Below are positions 61,815 to 64,000 of a stretch of 64,000 bases of DNA, piece after piece. Below the pieces are notes generated by a model, which saw only the letters and a program-made list of their open reading frames with translations, made no database searches and had not been told where the DNA came from. Source of the DNA: Lama glama (lineage: Eukaryota); contig CM052817.1 in NCBI GenBank assembly GCA_028534125.1, positions 27,592,001 to 27,656,000 on the forward strand, in the 5' to 3' direction. A program made the translations under genes and the position numbers. Numbering within the stretch: position 1 is the first letter of the stretch; each line of letters begins with the position of its first letter.

Positions 61815-63657
61815 GATAAGCAATTCTCTAATATTTTGGTCTTAGAACCCTACATTCTTAAAAATTATTGAAGACCCAAAGAGCTTTTATTTTTTGGAAT
61901 TATATTTATTGATATTTATCAAATTACAAATTAAAACAAATTTTAAAATATTGTATTCATTTAAACATGATAAACCTATTATGTGTTAATATAAATAACA
62001 ATTTGATGAAAAATAACTATTTTCTGAAATGAAAATAGAAGAATGGTACTGTTTTATATTTTTGCAAAAATAAGACAGCTAGATTCCCATCTGTGCTTCT
62101 GCATTCAGTCTGTTACCATATGTTGTTTTGATTGAAGAATATGAAGAAGAGGGAGGAGCCTTTGTAAGTATTCTTACAGCCTTTTCAGGTAATTGTGGTA
62201 GTCTCTTTTCATACTATACCAAAACCTGACAACTAGTAACCTCTTAAACCTTAGTTGCGATATGAAATCTGAAACCATATCAATGAACTTTTTCTGTACT
62301 GTCTGTGAAGTAAGGGGGCACAATCCATAAGACCATCTTCATATCTAACACCAATTGCAAAGTTTGAGGAGTTCCTAAGACCACCCTCAGGTTTAATGAT
62401 TCACTAGAAGGACTCACAGAACTTACTGTGTGGATATTGCAATGAAAGGATACAGATTAAAACTAGCCAGGGGAAGAGGTGCATAGGGCAGTATTCCAAA
62501 CCTGGAGTTTCAGTTGTCCTCTCCCCATGGAGTCGTGGACAGTCTTACTTTCCTGGTGAAGATGTATGACAATTTGCATGGAGCATTACCAACCAGAAAA
62601 TCTCACCTGATCCTTGGTGTCCAGAAATTTTCTTGGGGTTCCATAGTTGACTGCTTGAGTGGCTGACCTTTCATCTCTGGCCCCTTCTGGAGGTATAGCA
62701 GTTATTGTATGGCCAAAGATAAACAAAGACATAATTATCAGGCAGGATATTCCAAGGGCCTAGAGATTACCTCCCAATAGTCAAGGGCAAAAGCCAGACC
62801 TCTCTTTGGGTATGATTAGTTCTCTCCCATATTATAGTGTATTAAAATCTGTTGGTCTGTCTTTGTACTCTGTCTGATTGGATCTTATAACCCATGCATG
62901 ATTTTGTAACATTATGAATTGGTCATTTAGAAAATAGTTGTTCACTGAATCTCTGTGCATCATTCAAATGTTGATACGGTACTAATTATTGGGAAGCTGT
63001 CAGGCTCAAGATGGTGGATGTGAGTTTTCCAACATTCTAATTTTCACTTTAAGGCTTGCATTTTATCACTAGCAGCAAACACTGTTAATTGTTTTCCTTG
63101 AAGTAGTAGACTCATTCATTTCTTAAGAAGATGCCTGTCAAGTTTGAATAACTAGTTTGTTACTCTTTCAAGTAAAAATGGTGTTCCAGTAAAAAACATC
63201 TGATTCAGCTCATAAGTCAGGCAATCACAGTGGTGCTTTTCCTTGTGACAACATCAGGCTTCAGTGTGAAGCACTAGGACTTCATACATATTCCCATTTT
63301 GTCACAGAATATTTTTTAGAGTGTTTTCAGGGGTTGAGGTATAGTAAATCAGTACTTTTTACTACTTCATGAAGGACATTTTAAAGTGAAACTGGCTTAA
63401 ATAAACCAAAACTGAGTGACTGGCAGTAAAGGAACACAATGACTATTGTTTAGTTTGGTGCCAGTCACCTTGAGTTGTGTGCCGGGGTCAGCAGTTTTAC
63501 CCACTATTGCTTTTATGCCACCAGAGGAAACGTCAGCGTAGTAAAAAGGCGAAAAACATCTTAGTGTACTTAGGAAAACTGTTTTGACCTTGGAGTACCC
63601 CTTGAAAATGTCTTAGTACCCCAGTCATCCTTGGACCACAGTTTGAAAACCACTGTT
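61815..63657. mobile_element. Charlie1-like hAT DNA transposon relic, interrupted by an LTR
   Basis: cttaaaaattattgaagacccaaagagctttt ... ggaccacagtttgaaaaccactg resemble recalled Charlie1 ends. Confidence 0.7.
62300..62835. mobile_element. MER21-like LTR nested in the Charlie relic
   Basis: aagaccaccctcaggtttaatgattcactagaaggactcacagaact...agggcaaaagccagacctctctttggg. Confidence 0.7.
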
Positions 63658-64000
63658 CTGAATAAAATATGAGATGATTGTTTTTTGCAGGATAACTTGA
63701 GAATGAATATATATTGCATTTCCATTCTGTTTCTATTTCCCTGGCAAGAGAAATAAAGGACTTCTAAACTAAATCTTTATTTTAGCATTAGTTTTTAATA
63801 GAAACCGTAAATCAGAAGCCACATTTAAGAATAATTAACATGTTGGTTATTCTTAACTATATTTACTTTTATCATAGATAAGCTTTATTATTATTTTTAG
63901 CTAACTTTGTGCTTTAATTAGAAACTACTAAGTAATTAATAGACTGAACTATCTTGTGTTTTTTAATTATAAGTCTTTCACACCAGGAAGCCACAAATTG

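Noticed and set aside
60923..64000. Final SLC30A9 exon, or a truncated gene
   Set aside because: No sequence encoding KRNPEVRHVDLEIL was found; exon 17 ends in a normal donor, so the gene most likely continues past the window
1..64000. CRISPR arrays, operons or other prokaryotic-type systems
   Set aside because: The sequence is a spliced mammalian locus; no regularly spaced repeat-spacer structure or long intronless ORFs were seen

Overview
Mammalian genomic DNA, AT-rich, intron-dominated and repeat-rich. It contains the promoter/CpG island and coding exons 1-17 of SLC30A9 (ZnT9, a mitochondrial CDF-family zinc transporter, also called HUEL/GAC63) on the + strand. I assembled the exons by hand from GT-AG boundaries. 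They give 1656 nt = 552 uninterrupted codons with consistent phases; the last coding exon (expected ~KRNPEVRHVDLEIL*) is not in the window. Seven tRNA-Ala(AGC)-derived SINEs resembling the camelid Vic-1 family suggest a camelid genome (inference). The rest is mostly L1, L2, MIR, ERV/MaLR LTR and hAT (MER/Charlie) relics. Repeat family names and human/mouse protein comparisons are from memory, not from a search. I see no convincing novel biological system. The best leads are a 5-aa deletion beside the position equivalent to human M50V, an overlapping upstream ORF, antisense LTRs around the promoter, and several unusual retrotransposition structures.
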